DNA of 64,000 nucleotides from Methylibium sp. (GTDB taxonomy: Bacteria; Pseudomonadota; Gammaproteobacteria; Burkholderiales; Burkholderiaceae_C), in assembly GCA_035476815.1 (NCBI GenBank), contig DATILD010000017.1, positions 332-64,331 on the forward strand. Reading direction: 5' to 3'. Numbering within the stretch: position 1 is the stretch's first letter; every line of letters begins with the position of its first letter. The notes under the pieces are model-generated. The model ran no database searches. It was not told the DNA's origin and was given only the letters and a program-made list of their open reading frames with translations. Shown piece after piece: positions 1 through 9,997 of this stretch. The translations under genes and the position numbers were made by a program.

Positions 1-64
1 TGGCGTCCTCGCGGGTCACCTCGAGCTGCTCGGCGAAATGGCGCTCGATCATGTAAAGCGGCAT
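1..64 (-). CDS. 5' part of a small DUF4242-like protein, running off the window edge
   Basis: Minus-strand ATG at 64 reads MPLYMIERHFAEQLEVTREDA..., with a GAGGAG RBS upstream. The M(P)xYxIER start is typical of DUF4242. Confidence 0.6.
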   Translation of the reverse strand, partial: MPLYMIERHFAEQLEVTREDA

Positions 65-237
65 GGCGGCTCTCCTCACGACAGCAGTCGGCCCATTGTG
101 GGCAGCCGCCGCGCCGATGGAACTAGTCAATGCTGATCATTTGGCGCTCCCGCCGCGCAATGGTCGGCCTGGTTGATGCGCGCGCCAGGCGCCGCGCCTA
201 GATTGGCCGTCAGCGTCAACCACTCGAAGAGGCTCGC

Positions 238-393
238 ATGCGCAGCATCCTGACGATCCTCGGCATCGGGGCCGCGGCCGGCCTGATGGCCTGGGGCGCC
301 CGCGCCACCCCCGCGCCGGCCGGCGCGGCCGAGGCCGCCGTGGCGATGGCGGCGGCGTGCAGCGCCCCCCGTGACGCCGGGCGCCACCACTGA
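238..393 (+). CDS. Putative 51-aa small secreted or membrane peptide
   Basis: GAAGAGG RBS, then MRSILTILGIGAAAGLMAWGARATPAPAGAAEAAVAMAAACSAPRDAGRHH*. Signal-peptide-like N-terminus; stops 16 nt before the next ATG. Confidence 0.4.
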   Translation: MRSILTILGIGAAAGLMAWGARATPAPAGAAEAAVAMAAACSAPRDAGRHH

Positions 394-409
394 CCCCGGG
401 GCCGTCGCC

Positions 410-1789
410 ATGAACATCGACACCGACACCTTCGCGGCCCTGCGCCGCAGCCTGCGCGGCGAGTTGATCCAGCCCGACGACGCCGGCTACGACGCCGCCC
501 GCCAGGTCTTCAACGCGATGATCGACCGCTACCCGCGCGCCATCGCGCGCTGCGCCGACGTGGCCGACGTGATCACCGCGGTGAACTTCGCCCGCGAGCA
601 CGAACTGCTGCTGGCGGTGCGCTGCGGCGGTCACAACGGCGGCGGGCTGGGCACCTGCGACAACGGGCTCGTGATCGACCTGTCGCCGATGCACGGGGTG
701 CGCGTCGACCCCGAGGCGCGCACGGTGCGCGCCGACGGCGGCTGCACCTGGGGCGCGATCGATCACGCCACCCACGCCTTCGGGCTGGCCTGCCCGAGCG
801 GGATCATCTCGACCACGGGGGTCGGCGGGCTCACGCTGGGCGGCGGCATCGGGCACCTGACGCGCCGCTGCGGCCTGGCGATCGACAACCTGATCGGCGC
901 CGACCTGGTGCTGGCCGACGGCCGCTTTGTCAGCGTCGGCCCCGACCGCCACCCCGACCTCTACTGGGCGATCCGCGGCGGCGGCGGCAACTTCGGCGTC
1001 GTCACCTCGTTCGAGTTCAGGCTGCACCCGATCCGCAACGTGGTCGCGGGGCCGACCGTCTGGCCCTACGAGAAGGCGGCCGAGGTGCTGCGCTGGTACC
1101 GCGAGTTCATCCCGCAGCAGCCGCGCGAGCTGAACGGCTTCTTCACCTTCCTGAAGGTGCCCGCGATCCCGCTGTTCCCCGAGGCCTTGCACGACACCCA
1201 CATGTGCGGCGTGGTGTGGTGCTACACCGGACCGGCCGACACGGCCGAGGCGGCCTTCGCCCCGGTGCGCGCCTTCGGGCCGCCGGCCTTCCATGCGGTC
1301 GGCGAGATGCCCTACCCCGCGCTGCAGAGCTTCTTCGATCCGCTCTACTGCACCGGCCACCAGTGGTACTGGCGCGCCGACTTCGTCAGCGAGCTGACCG
1401 ATGCCGCGATCGCCGCGCATGTCGAGCATGGCCGCGTGCCGACCGGGCTGTCGACCATGCACCTGTACCCGGTCGACGGCGCCGCCCACGATGTCGGCCG
1501 CCACGACACGCCCTTCAGCTACCGCGAGGCGCTGTGGGCCGAGGTGATCGTCGGCGTCGACCCCGAGCCGGCGAACAAGCAGCTCGTGACGGACTGGACG
1601 CGCCGCTACCACGACGCGGTCCATCGCCATGGGGCCGGCGGCGCCTACGTGAACTTCATGATGGACGAAGGCCAGGAGCGCGTGAAGGCGACCTACCGCG
1701 ACAACCACCCGCGGCTGGTCGAAGTCAAGCGGCGCTACGACCCGGAGAACCTGTTCCGGGTGAACCAGAACATCCACCCCAGCGGCTGA
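410..1789 (+). CDS. FAD-linked oxidoreductase, berberine-bridge-enzyme / 6-hydroxy-D-nicotine oxidase-like
   Basis: RCGGHNGGG flavinylation motif, GVGGLTLGGG, WAIRGGGGNFGVVT, and C-terminal BBE motif YVNF...KRRYDPENLF. Confidence 0.9.
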   Translation: MNIDTDTFAALRRSLRGELIQPDDAGYDAARQVFNAMIDRYPRAIARCADVADVITAVNFAREHELLLAVRCGGHNGGGLGTCDNGLVIDLSPMHGVRVDPEARTVRADGGCTWGAIDHATHAFGLACPSGIISTTGVGGLTLGGGIGHLTRRCGLAIDNLIGADLVLADGRFVSVGPDRHPDLYWAIRGGGGNFGVVTSFEFRLHPIRNVVAGPTVWPYEKAAEVLRWYREFIPQQPRELNGFFTFLKVPAIPLFPEALHDTHMCGVVWCYTGPADTAEAAFAPVRAFGPPAFHAVGEMPYPALQSFFDPLYCTGHQWYWRADFVSELTDAAIAAHVEHGRVPTGLSTMHLYPVDGAAHDVGRHDTPFSYREALWAEVIVGVDPEPANKQLVTDWTRRYHDAVHRHGAGGAYVNFMMDEGQERVKATYRDNHPRLVEVKRRYDPENLFRVNQNIHPSG

Positions 1790-1883
1790 CGGCCGCCCCC
1801 CGTACCCCAGGCAGGGCGCGCCCCGGGACCAGCGCCTTGCCGTCTGCATTGCCCAGGTCCCTCGTCAAGAACAGGAGACTGCG

Positions 1884-2357
1884 ATGAAGAACCCTTTGAC
1901 GATGCACCGCATCGCGGCCGCGACGCTGCTCGCGGCGATCGGCAGCGCGGCCTGGGCCGACGGCGCCCACCGCATGGTCAACGCCGCCGAACTGAAGTGG
2001 ACCGACGCGGCCTCGCTGCCGCCCGGCGCCAAGCTCGCGGTGATCGAAGGGCCGCTGGGCGAGGCGGTCCCGGTCACGGCGCGCATCAAGTTCCCGGCCA
2101 ACTACACGCTGCCGGCGCACATCCATCCGCACTTCGAGCGCGTGACCGGCTTGACCGGCGGCTTCTACATGGGCATGGGCAGCAAGTTCGACGCCGCCCA
2201 GGCCACGATGGTGCTGAAGCCGGGCGACATGATGATCATGGAGCCCAACACGCCGCACTTCGCGATGACCAAGGAGGAGACCATCGTGCAGCTGCACGGC
2301 CCGGGCCCATGGAGCATCATCTACATCAACCCGGCGGACGATCCGCGCAAGAAGTAG
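1884..2357 (+). CDS. Secreted cupin-domain protein (DUF4437-like)
   Basis: Signal peptide ending AAWA; cupin motifs PAHIHPHFE and PNTPHFA. Confidence 0.8.
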   Translation: MKNPLTMHRIAAATLLAAIGSAAWADGAHRMVNAAELKWTDAASLPPGAKLAVIEGPLGEAVPVTARIKFPANYTLPAHIHPHFERVTGLTGGFYMGMGSKFDAAQATMVLKPGDMMIMEPNTPHFAMTKEETIVQLHGPGPWSIIYINPADDPRKK

Positions 2358-2406
2358 CCGCCGTCGAGCGGAGGGCGCGCGGCCCGTCGCCTGCCAACCC
2401 GCGCCC

Positions 2407-3681
2407 TCAGCCGCCGCGCGCCGCCGCTTCGCGCAGCTTGTCCTTCCTGCTCTTGCGGCGGCCCTTGACGCCGCCTTCCGGCGGCGACGCCGGCACCGCG
2501 ACCTGGCGCGGCTCGAAGCCCGCGATGCGCTCGCGCGGCACGCGCCGGCCCTGGCGCTTCTCGATGAGCCGGAAATGCGCCTCGGTGGCCGCGCTCACGA
2601 AGCTGACCGCCAGGCCCGCGGCGCCGGCGCGGGCGGTGCGGCCGATGCGGTGGGTGTAGTCCACCGCCGAGCGCGGCAGGTCGTAATTGACCACCACCGG
2701 CAGGCCCGGGATGTGCAGGCCGCGCGCCGCCATGTCGGTGGCCAGCAGCACGCGCAGCGCGCCGCTGCCGAGGTCCGCCAGCACCCGGCTGCGCGCGCCC
2801 TGGCTGAGATCGCCGTGGAAGGCGGCGGCGGCGAGGCCGGCGCGGCGCAGCTTGTCGGCAACATGCTCGCTGGCGTAGCGCGTGGCCACGAACACCAGCA
2901 CGCGCTCCCAGCCGCCCGTCTCGACCAGGTGGCGCAGCAGCGGGGTGCGCCGCGCCGCGTCGACCTCCACCGCATGCTGCTCGATCGCGGGCGCGCCGGC
3001 CTCGGGCAAGGCCGCCACGTCGACGCGCACCGGGTCGCGCAGCAGCGCCTGCGCCAGGCCCTGGACGGCCGGCGAGATGGTGGCCGAGAAGCACAGGCTC
3101 TGCCGGCCGAGCGGCAGCAGCGCGGCGATGCGGGCGAGTTCGTCGGCGAAGCCCTCGTCGAGCAGGCGGTCGGCCTCGTCGAGCACCAGCAGCTCCACCG
3201 CATTGAGCGCGACCGCATGGCAGCCGACCAGGTCGAGCAGGCGGCCGGGCGTCGCGACCACCACCTCGGCGCCGCCGCGCAGGCCGAGCATCTGCGGGTT
3301 GATCGAGACGCCGCCGAAGACGACGGCCACCTTGACCGGCGCGGCGAGGCGGCGCGACAGCGCGCGGACCGTCTCGCCGACCTGGACGGCGAGATCGCGC
3401 GTGGGCACCAGCACCAGCGCAAACGGCCTGCGCCCGGCGGGACGCGCGGCCGCGTCGAGGCGGTGCAGCAGCGCCAGCCCGAAGGCGGCGGTCTTGCCGG
3501 AGCCGGTGGGCGAGCAGGCGATGAGGTCGCGGCCCTGCAGCGCGAGCGGCAGGGTCGCGGCCTGCACCGGCGTGGGCACGACATGGCCGCCCTCGGCCGC
3601 GGCGCGCACCAGGGCCGCCGACAGGCCCAGCGCCGCGAACGGCGAGCTCGCGAGCGCTGAACTCACGACCGGCGCATTCAC
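2407..3681 (-). CDS. DEAD-box RNA helicase, RhlE-like
   Basis: Q motif PTPVQ, SPTGSGKT, PTRDLA, TPGRLLD, DEAD, SAT, HRIGRTAR; basic C-terminal tail. Confidence 0.92.
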   Translation of the reverse strand: MNAPVVSSALASSPFAALGLSAALVRAAAEGGHVVPTPVQAATLPLALQGRDLIACSPTGSGKTAAFGLALLHRLDAAARPAGRRPFALVLVPTRDLAVQVGETVRALSRRLAAPVKVAVVFGGVSINPQMLGLRGGAEVVVATPGRLLDLVGCHAVALNAVELLVLDEADRLLDEGFADELARIAALLPLGRQSLCFSATISPAVQGLAQALLRDPVRVDVAALPEAGAPAIEQHAVEVDAARRTPLLRHLVETGGWERVLVFVATRYASEHVADKLRRAGLAAAAFHGDLSQGARSRVLADLGSGALRVLLATDMAARGLHIPGLPVVVNYDLPRSAVDYTHRIGRTARAGAAGLAVSFVSAATEAHFRLIEKRQGRRVPRERIAGFEPRQVAVPASPPEGGVKGRRKSRKDKLREAAARGG

Positions 3682-5099
3682 AGCCGCCTCACCTTCACCG
3701 ACCGCCCCTTGACCTTGCCGGCGTCGAGTCCGCGCAGGGCCTGCTCCGCGACGTCACGCCGGACGGCCACGTAGGTCGAGAAGTCGTTGACGTCGATCTT
3801 GCCGATGCAGGCGGCGTCCAGCCCGAGATCCTTGGTGAGCGCCCCCAGCACGTCGCCCGGGCGGATCTTCTCCTTGCGCCCGCCGAGGATCTGCAGCGTG
3901 ACCATCGGCGGGCGCAGCGGCCCCGCGTCCTTCGAGCTGGCGGCCTGCAGCTCGGCCAGCGGATGCCAGACGCCTTCGCTGCCCTGCATCTCGTCGATGC
4001 GGCCCACGCGGCCCATCTCGTCCAGGCTGGCGAGGTTGAACACCAGGCCCGACTCGCCGGCGCGGCCGGTGCGGCCGACGCGATGGGTGTGCACCTGCGC
4101 GTCGGGCGTGATGTCGACGTTGATCACGGCGTCGAGGCGTGCGATGTCGAGCCCGCGCGCGGCCACGTCGGTGGCCACCAGCACGCTGCAGCTGCGGTTG
4201 GCGAAGCGCACCAGCACCTGGTCGCGATCGCGCTGCTCGAGGTCGCCGTGCAGCTCGAGCGCCTCGATGCCCTGGGCCTGCAGCACGGCCACCAGGTCGC
4301 GGCATTGCTGCTTGGTGTTGCAGAAGGCCAGCGTGCTCTCGGGGCGGAAGTGGTCGAGCAGCAGGCCCACCGCGTGCAGGCGCTCGCTCTCCGTCACCTC
4401 GTAGAAGCGCTGCTGGATGTGGCGGGCGTCGTGGCGCTCGGCGAGCCTGACCTCCTGCGGCTCGCGCAGGTAGCGGGCCGCGAGCCGGGCCACGTCGTCC
4501 GGGTAGGTGGCCGAGAACAGCAGGGTCTGCCGCCGCGACGTCGGCGGGCAACGCTGCACGATCGCGGCGATGTCCTCGGCGAAGCCCATGTCCAGCATGC
4601 GGTCGGCCTCGTCGAGCACCAGGGTGTCGATGGCATCGAGCGCCAGCGACTCGCGCCCCAGGTGGTCGAGGATGCGCCCCGGCGTGCCCACCACCACATG
4701 CGCGCCATGCGCCAGGCTCGCCAGCTGCGGCCGCATCGTCGCGCCGCCGCACAGCGTGAGCACCTTGACGTTGTCCTCGGCGCGGGCGAGGCGGCGGATC
4801 TCCTGCGACACCTGCTCGGCCAGCTCGCGCGTCGGGCACAGCACCAGCGCCTGCACCGCGAAGCGCCGCGGGTCGAGCTTGGCCAGCAGCGGCAGCGCGA
4901 ACGCGGCCGTCTTGCCGCTGCCGGTCTTGGCCTGGGCGATCAGGTCCTTGCCGGCCAGCGTCAGCGGCAGGCTGGCGGCCTGGATGGGGGTCATGTGCTC
5001 GTAACCGAGGCGCTGGAGGTTGGCCAGCACGGGGCTTGCGAGCGGGAGCGTGGCAAAGGCGGGGCCCGTGAGGGGCGCGCCGGCGGGGGAGGCGGTCAT
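3678..5099 (-). CDS. dbpA: ATP-dependent RNA helicase DbpA
   Basis: AKTGSGKT, DEAD, HRVGRTGR, plus the DbpA C-terminal RNA-binding domain (GGRKEKIRPGDVLGAL...IGKI...GKVKGR). Confidence 0.93.
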   Translation of the reverse strand: MTASPAGAPLTGPAFATLPLASPVLANLQRLGYEHMTPIQAASLPLTLAGKDLIAQAKTGSGKTAAFALPLLAKLDPRRFAVQALVLCPTRELAEQVSQEIRRLARAEDNVKVLTLCGGATMRPQLASLAHGAHVVVGTPGRILDHLGRESLALDAIDTLVLDEADRMLDMGFAEDIAAIVQRCPPTSRRQTLLFSATYPDDVARLAARYLREPQEVRLAERHDARHIQQRFYEVTESERLHAVGLLLDHFRPESTLAFCNTKQQCRDLVAVLQAQGIEALELHGDLEQRDRDQVLVRFANRSCSVLVATDVAARGLDIARLDAVINVDITPDAQVHTHRVGRTGRAGESGLVFNLASLDEMGRVGRIDEMQGSEGVWHPLAELQAASSKDAGPLRPPMVTLQILGGRKEKIRPGDVLGALTKDLGLDAACIGKIDVNDFSTYVAVRRDVAEQALRGLDAGKVKGRSVKVRRL

Positions 5100-5461
5100 G
5101 GCGGGATTGTCGGCGGGCGCGAGGAAGCGCCCGGCGCGACGGATCCGGGCATCGCGGCCGCGCGACCGGCTTCACGTCCGCCGTTTGTCGGCCGCTTCGA
5201 GTCGAACCCACGTCGACCGCCGGCGGCGTCAGGGGCGGCCGGTCAACGCCGAGCGAAGCGGGCACTGACCTGCCGGCTCATCGGTGTGGGCGGTGCGGGC
5301 GCTGCGCAGTCGCCCTCGGGGCGCGCACCGGCGCCTCCATGGAAGCGACCCCGGGGTGCGCGCTGGTCGCGGTCATCGCGCCGCACGTCGTGCCCGACAA
5401 TCGGGCCGGTCTCCGAGCGCTGGCGATCACCGACGCAAGACCGACAACCGATGGGACCTCG

Positions 5462-6334
5462 ATGAGCCGCACGTACAAGGTGGTGGACGTCTTCACCAGC
5501 CGGCCCCTGCTGGGCAATCCCGTGGCCGTCGTGCTCGAGGCCGAAGGGCTCGACACGACCGACATGCAGCGCATCGCGCGCTGGACCAATCTGTCGGAGA
5601 CGACCTTCCTGCTGCCCCCGACCGTGCCCGGCGCCGACTACCGCCTGCGCATCTTCACGCCGCGCAGCGAACTGCCGTTCGCGGGCCATCCGACGCTGGG
5701 CAGCGCCCATGCCGCGCTCGAGGCCGGTCGTGTGCAGGCACGCGACGGCCGACTCGTGCACGAATGCGGCGTCGGCCTGATCGCGCTGGCGGTGCGCGGA
5801 GACGGCGCCGATCGACGGTTGACGTTCGACCTGCCGCCCGCCCGCCTCACGCCCTTGCAGCCCGGTGACATCGACGAGCTGGAAGCCGTGTTGGGACACC
5901 CCGTCGTTCGCGGCATCGCGCCGGCGGTCGTGAACGTCGGGCCGCAATGGGTGGTCGCGCAACTGCCGAGCGCCGCGGACCTGCTCGCGCTCAGGCCTGA
6001 TTTCGCGCGCTCGGCAGCCTTCGAAAGGCGGCTCGGCGTGACGGGCCTGTCGGTCTTCGCGCTGCACGACGGCGGCAGCGAGGAGATCGAGGTCCGATCG
6101 TTTGCCCCCTCGTGCGGCGTCGACGAGGACCCGGTCTGTGGCAGCGGCAACGGCAGCGTGGCCGTGTTCCTGCGTGAACGCCACCTGATCGCCGCCCAGG
6201 GCACGCGCTACACCGCCGCGCAGGGGCAGTGCGTCGGGCGCGAGGGGCGGGTTGCCGTCACCGTGCGGCCCGATGGCGCGGTCAGCGTCGGCGGGAGCTG
6301 CGTGACCTGCGTGGACGGCCGGCTCACGTGCTAG
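5462..6334 (+). CDS. PhzF family isomerase
   Basis: VDVF...GNPVAV, NLSETTF, RIFTP..ELPFAGHPTLG, EDPVCGSG. Confidence 0.92.
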   Translation: MSRTYKVVDVFTSRPLLGNPVAVVLEAEGLDTTDMQRIARWTNLSETTFLLPPTVPGADYRLRIFTPRSELPFAGHPTLGSAHAALEAGRVQARDGRLVHECGVGLIALAVRGDGADRRLTFDLPPARLTPLQPGDIDELEAVLGHPVVRGIAPAVVNVGPQWVVAQLPSAADLLALRPDFARSAAFERRLGVTGLSVFALHDGGSEEIEVRSFAPSCGVDEDPVCGSGNGSVAVFLRERHLIAAQGTRYTAAQGQCVGREGRVAVTVRPDGAVSVGGSCVTCVDGRLTC

Positions 6335-6388
6335 CACGGGCCTTTGCTTGGATGCCGCGCCGCCAATCCGATCGAGGTACAAGGCCGC

Positions 6389-6676
6389 ATGACCGCACCG
6401 CCCGCCCCACCCCTGCAGCCGCGCAATCCCCTGCACGGGGTCACGCTCGAGGCCATCGTCACGGCGCTCGCCGGGCACTATGGATGGGCGGGCCTGGCCG
6501 AACGCGTCCCGGTGCGCTGCTTCAGCAGTGAACCGAGCGTCGGGTCGAGCCTGAAGTTTCTCCGCCGTACGCCCTGGGCCCGCGAGAAGGTCGAAGGCCT
6601 GTACCTCTACATGCTGCGCGAGATCCGCCGTGCACCGTCCGGCGGCGATGCCGCCGCGCCGCCGGGTCGGCCATGA
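6389..6676 (+). CDS. VF530 / DUF2132 family protein
   Basis: NPLHGVTLE...YGW..L...[22 protein letters not shown] signature. Confidence 0.9.
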   Translation: MTAPPAPPLQPRNPLHGVTLEAIVTALAGHYGWAGLAERVPVRCFSSEPSVGSSLKFLRRTPWAREKVEGLYLYMLREIRRAPSGGDAAAPPGRP

Positions 6677-7227
6677 AGCCGCCGACGGCGCAGCGGAAGT
6701 ATCTGACGGGCTATCCGCCCGCGTTGCTGGCCCGGGTCGACGAGCTGATCGCGCAAGGCCGGCTCGGCGAGAGCCTGCGCCAGCGCTACCCGGATGCCCA
6801 CGATGTGCGCAGCGACGCTGCGCTGTACGAGTACGTGGTGGACCTCAAGAGCCGGTTCCTGCGCAACGCCCAGCCGATTGCCAAGGTTCGGTACGACAAC
6901 ACGCTGCACATCGTGCGCAACGCGCTGGGCACGCACACCACGGTGGCGCGCGTGCAGGGCGACCGGCTCAAGGCCAAGCGCGAGATCCGCGTGGCCGGCC
7001 TGTTCAGGCAGGCACCGGCGCCGTTCCTCAGGATGATCGTGGTGCACGAACTGGCCCACCTCAAGGAGCGCGAGCACGGCAAGCCCTTCTACGCGCTGTG
7101 CACGCACATGGAGCCGGCGTATCACCAGCTCGAGTTCGATGTCCGGCTGTGGCTGACGGCGCTCGAGCTCGCCGGATCTGCGCACGCTCACCCGCCCGAC
7201 AGCCCCTCGAGCGCCCCGCCCGCGTGA
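6673..7227 (+). CDS. YgjP-like (DUF45/M48-type) zinc metallohydrolase
   Basis: YLTGYP N-terminus, [16 protein letters not shown] (HExxH), HMEP.YHQLEFD; ATGA overlap with the previous gene. Confidence 0.88.
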   Translation: MKPPTAQRKYLTGYPPALLARVDELIAQGRLGESLRQRYPDAHDVRSDAALYEYVVDLKSRFLRNAQPIAKVRYDNTLHIVRNALGTHTTVARVQGDRLKAKREIRVAGLFRQAPAPFLRMIVVHELAHLKEREHGKPFYALCTHMEPAYHQLEFDVRLWLTALELAGSAHAHPPDSPSSAPPA

Positions 7228-7289
7228 TGCGTCTCGGCGCTGCGCGCCGGCCGGGCGGATGCCAGGCGCGCATGGCCCCGGTCGCCGGG

Positions 7290-8903
7290 TCAGGTCGCGC
7301 CCGGTTCGTCGTCGGCGCCGACGCGCAGCCCGAGGGCGTCGTCGAACCAGGCCTCGATGTCGGCCAGCGCGTGGCGGTCGCTGGCGATGCCGATGTACTG
7401 GTCGGGCCGCACGATGACGGCGGCGCGTGCGTCCGCGCCCAGCGCGTCGAGCAGCGCGGCGCCGCCGCGCGCCGCGTCGAGCGCGTGCACCTGCAGACAG
7501 CCGGGCCAGCGCGGCCCGAGGCGCGCCTGCCAGCTGGCCGCCAGCGCGTCGAGCGCCGGGGCGTCGGTGCGCGCCAGCAGCAGCACGTGGAAGCCCGGCG
7601 CCGCCAGCCAGCCATGCACCGGCCGCGGCGGGATGCCGACCTCGGCATGCGGCAGCCGCTCGCCGGCCCACGCCGCCAGCCGGCCGCGGCCGCGCGCCAG
7701 CGGGCCGCCGTGGTAGCCCAGGCCGATCTGCGACACGGTGCCGAACACCCAGCGCCGCACCGCGGGGCGGCTCATCACGCGCGCGGCCAGCGGCGGCACG
7801 ACGTTCAGGCGCAGCCAGCGCAGCAGCGGCTGACGGCTGACGACCAGCCGGAAGGCGTTGTCGGTGCTGCGCAGCAGCCGCTGCGCCAGCGGCCAGCGCT
7901 CGGCGTGGTAGCTGTCGAGCAGCGCCGCGTCGGCCGCGCCGCCGGCCACCAGCGCGAGCTTCCAGCCCAGGTTGCAGGCGTCCTGCAGGCCGGTGTTCAT
8001 GCCCTGGGCGCCGACCGGGCTGTGCACATGCGCGGCGTCGCCGGCCAGCAGGCAGCGGCCGACGCGCAGCCGCTCGACGCAGCGGTGGTGCACGCGGTAG
8101 GCGGAGAACCAGGCGGTGTCGGCGAAGCGCACCTCGATGTCCATCTGGCCGCGCACCGCGGCCTCGATGTCCTCGAAGCGCAGGTCCGGCGCCTGCGTGC
8201 CGGCGTCGGCCGGCAGGATGCCGATGACGCGGTAGCGGCGCTCGCCGCCGGGCATCGGGAAGAACAGCACGAAGGTCTCGCGCGACAGGCAGACGGTCAC
8301 CTCGCCATAGGGCAGCGCCCAGTCGATCGCGGTGTCGGCGACGTAGAAGGCGTTCTCGTAGGTGCCGCCGGCGAAGGCCAGGCCCAGGCCCTCGCGCACC
8401 GGGCTGCGCGCGCCGTCGCAGCCGACCAGCCAGTCGCAGCGCAGCGCCTCGGCGCGGCCGTCGGCATGGCGCAGCGTCGCGTCGACGCCGTCGGCGTGCG
8501 GCTCGAAGCGCTCGAGCGCGCAGCCCCAGTCGGCGTCGTGGCCGGCCTGGCGCAGCCGGGCCTGCAGCAGCGCCTCGTTGCGGCTCTGCTCGAGGATCAG
8601 CAGGTAGGGGTAGGCGGTGCGCGCGCGGCCCAGGTCGCCGAGCGGCAGGCGCTGCACGCGTCGCCGGCCGACGTAGAGGTTGACGGCCTCGGTCGGGCGG
8701 CCCTGCGCGACCGCCGCGTCGGCGATGCCGAGGGCGGCGTAGAGCTCGAGCGTACGCGCCTGCACGCCGAGCGCGCGCGACTCGCGCGTCGGCCCGGCCT
8801 TGCCGTCGACCAGCCGGAAGGGGACGCCGTGGCGCGCCAGCTGGTTGGCCAGCATCAGCCCGGTGGGGCCGGCACCGGCGATCAGGACCGGGGTGTGGTT
8901 CAT
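7290..8903 (-). CDS. FAD-dependent monooxygenase (PheA/TfdB/rifampicin-monooxygenase class A)
   Basis: GAGPTGL, LVGCDGARS.VR, LAGDAAHVHSPVGAQGMNTGLQDA, and C-terminal VRPD. Confidence 0.9.
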   Translation of the reverse strand: MNHTPVLIAGAGPTGLMLANQLARHGVPFRLVDGKAGPTRESRALGVQARTLELYAALGIADAAVAQGRPTEAVNLYVGRRRVQRLPLGDLGRARTAYPYLLILEQSRNEALLQARLRQAGHDADWGCALERFEPHADGVDATLRHADGRAEALRCDWLVGCDGARSPVREGLGLAFAGGTYENAFYVADTAIDWALPYGEVTVCLSRETFVLFFPMPGGERRYRVIGILPADAGTQAPDLRFEDIEAAVRGQMDIEVRFADTAWFSAYRVHHRCVERLRVGRCLLAGDAAHVHSPVGAQGMNTGLQDACNLGWKLALVAGGAADAALLDSYHAERWPLAQRLLRSTDNAFRLVVSRQPLLRWLRLNVVPPLAARVMSRPAVRRWVFGTVSQIGLGYHGGPLARGRGRLAAWAGERLPHAEVGIPPRPVHGWLAAPGFHVLLLARTDAPALDALAASWQARLGPRWPGCLQVHALDAARGGAALLDALGADARAAVIVRPDQYIGIASDRHALADIEAWFDDALGLRVGADDEPGAT

Positions 8904-9034
8904 CGCAGCCTCCGCCGCGGCGCAATGCGCTGGCGGTCAATTCTGCGGCGCCGGCGGGCAAGACGCGCGCGCCGCGCGCCGGCAAGCTAGCTGCGGTGGC
9001 CCATGCCGGGCCGCGACCACGACGAGAGGAACCC

Positions 9035-9994
9035 ATGACCGCCATCCCCCGCCTTGCCCCGGCCTGCCGCGCCGCCACTGCCGCCGCGGCGCTGGCCCTG
9101 CCCTGGCTGACCGCCCACGCCGCCGAACGCCCCTGGTTCCCGTCCGAGTGGGGCGCCGAGGACCAGCGCGGCGCGGCCAACCGCGTGACGCCGGAGCGCA
9201 TCGTCGAGGCGCTGCGGCTCGCGACGACCGGCCGCGTCTACCCGCTCGGCCAGCCGTTTCGCACCGACATGCCGATCTGGGGCGCGCGCTCCTTCCAGCT
9301 GACGATCCCGCAGGCCGACGAGCCGCCGAGCAAGAACGCGCTGACCGCCCACCTCGACTTCGTCGCCGGCGAGCTGGGCCAGGTCGGCACCCAGCTCGAC
9401 GGGCTGGGCCATGTCGGCATCGGCGACCTCTACTACAACGGCAACGACCGGCGCCAGTTCGCCCAGCGCACCGGGCTCAAGCGCCTGGGCATCGAGCACG
9501 CCGGCGCCTTCGTCACCCGCGGCGTGCTGGTCGATCTGCCGGCCTACAAGGGCGTGGCGCGGCTGCCGGCCGGCTACGAGGTGAGCGCGGCCGACCTGCA
9601 GGGCGCGCTGGCGCGCCAGCGGCTGGCGCTGCGCGAGGGCGACACGCTGCTGCTGCGCACCGGCTGGTCGCAGCTGTGGAACACCGACCACGCCGCCTAC
9701 CTGGGCCACGCGCCCGGCTGGGGGCCCGATGCCTGCGAGTGGATCGTCCGGCAGAAGCCCGCGGCGACCGGCTGCGACACCTATGGCTGCGACGTCGTGC
9801 CCAACCCGGCCGACGCCGCGGTGCTGTGGCCCTGCCACCAGATCATGGGCACGAAGGCCGGCATCTACAACGTCGAGAACCTGGACCTGGAGCGCCTGGC
9901 CGCGGACCAGGCGCACGAGTTCCTGTTCATCATGACGCCGCTGCCGCTGGTGGGCGCGTCGGGCTCGCCGGTGGCGCCGATCGCGATCCGCTGA
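9035..9994 (+). CDS. Cyclase family (kynurenine formamidase-like) metallohydrolase with signal peptide
   Basis: WGAEDQRGAAN, GTQLDGLGH, TRGVLVD, LLRTGW, ENLDLE, GASGSPVAP; GAGAGG RBS. Confidence 0.88.
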   Translation: MTAIPRLAPACRAATAAAALALPWLTAHAAERPWFPSEWGAEDQRGAANRVTPERIVEALRLATTGRVYPLGQPFRTDMPIWGARSFQLTIPQADEPPSKNALTAHLDFVAGELGQVGTQLDGLGHVGIGDLYYNGNDRRQFAQRTGLKRLGIEHAGAFVTRGVLVDLPAYKGVARLPAGYEVSAADLQGALARQRLALREGDTLLLRTGWSQLWNTDHAAYLGHAPGWGPDACEWIVRQKPAATGCDTYGCDVVPNPADAAVLWPCHQIMGTKAGIYNVENLDLERLAADQAHEFLFIMTPLPLVGASGSPVAPIAIR

Positions 9995-9997
9995 GGC

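Noticed and set aside
5100-5460. ncRNA or small gene in the dbpA-phzF spacer
   Set aside because: No recognisable RNA motif, repeat or credible ORF.
5462-6334. Phenazine biosynthesis cluster
   Set aside because: Lone PhzF-family gene with no other phz genes.
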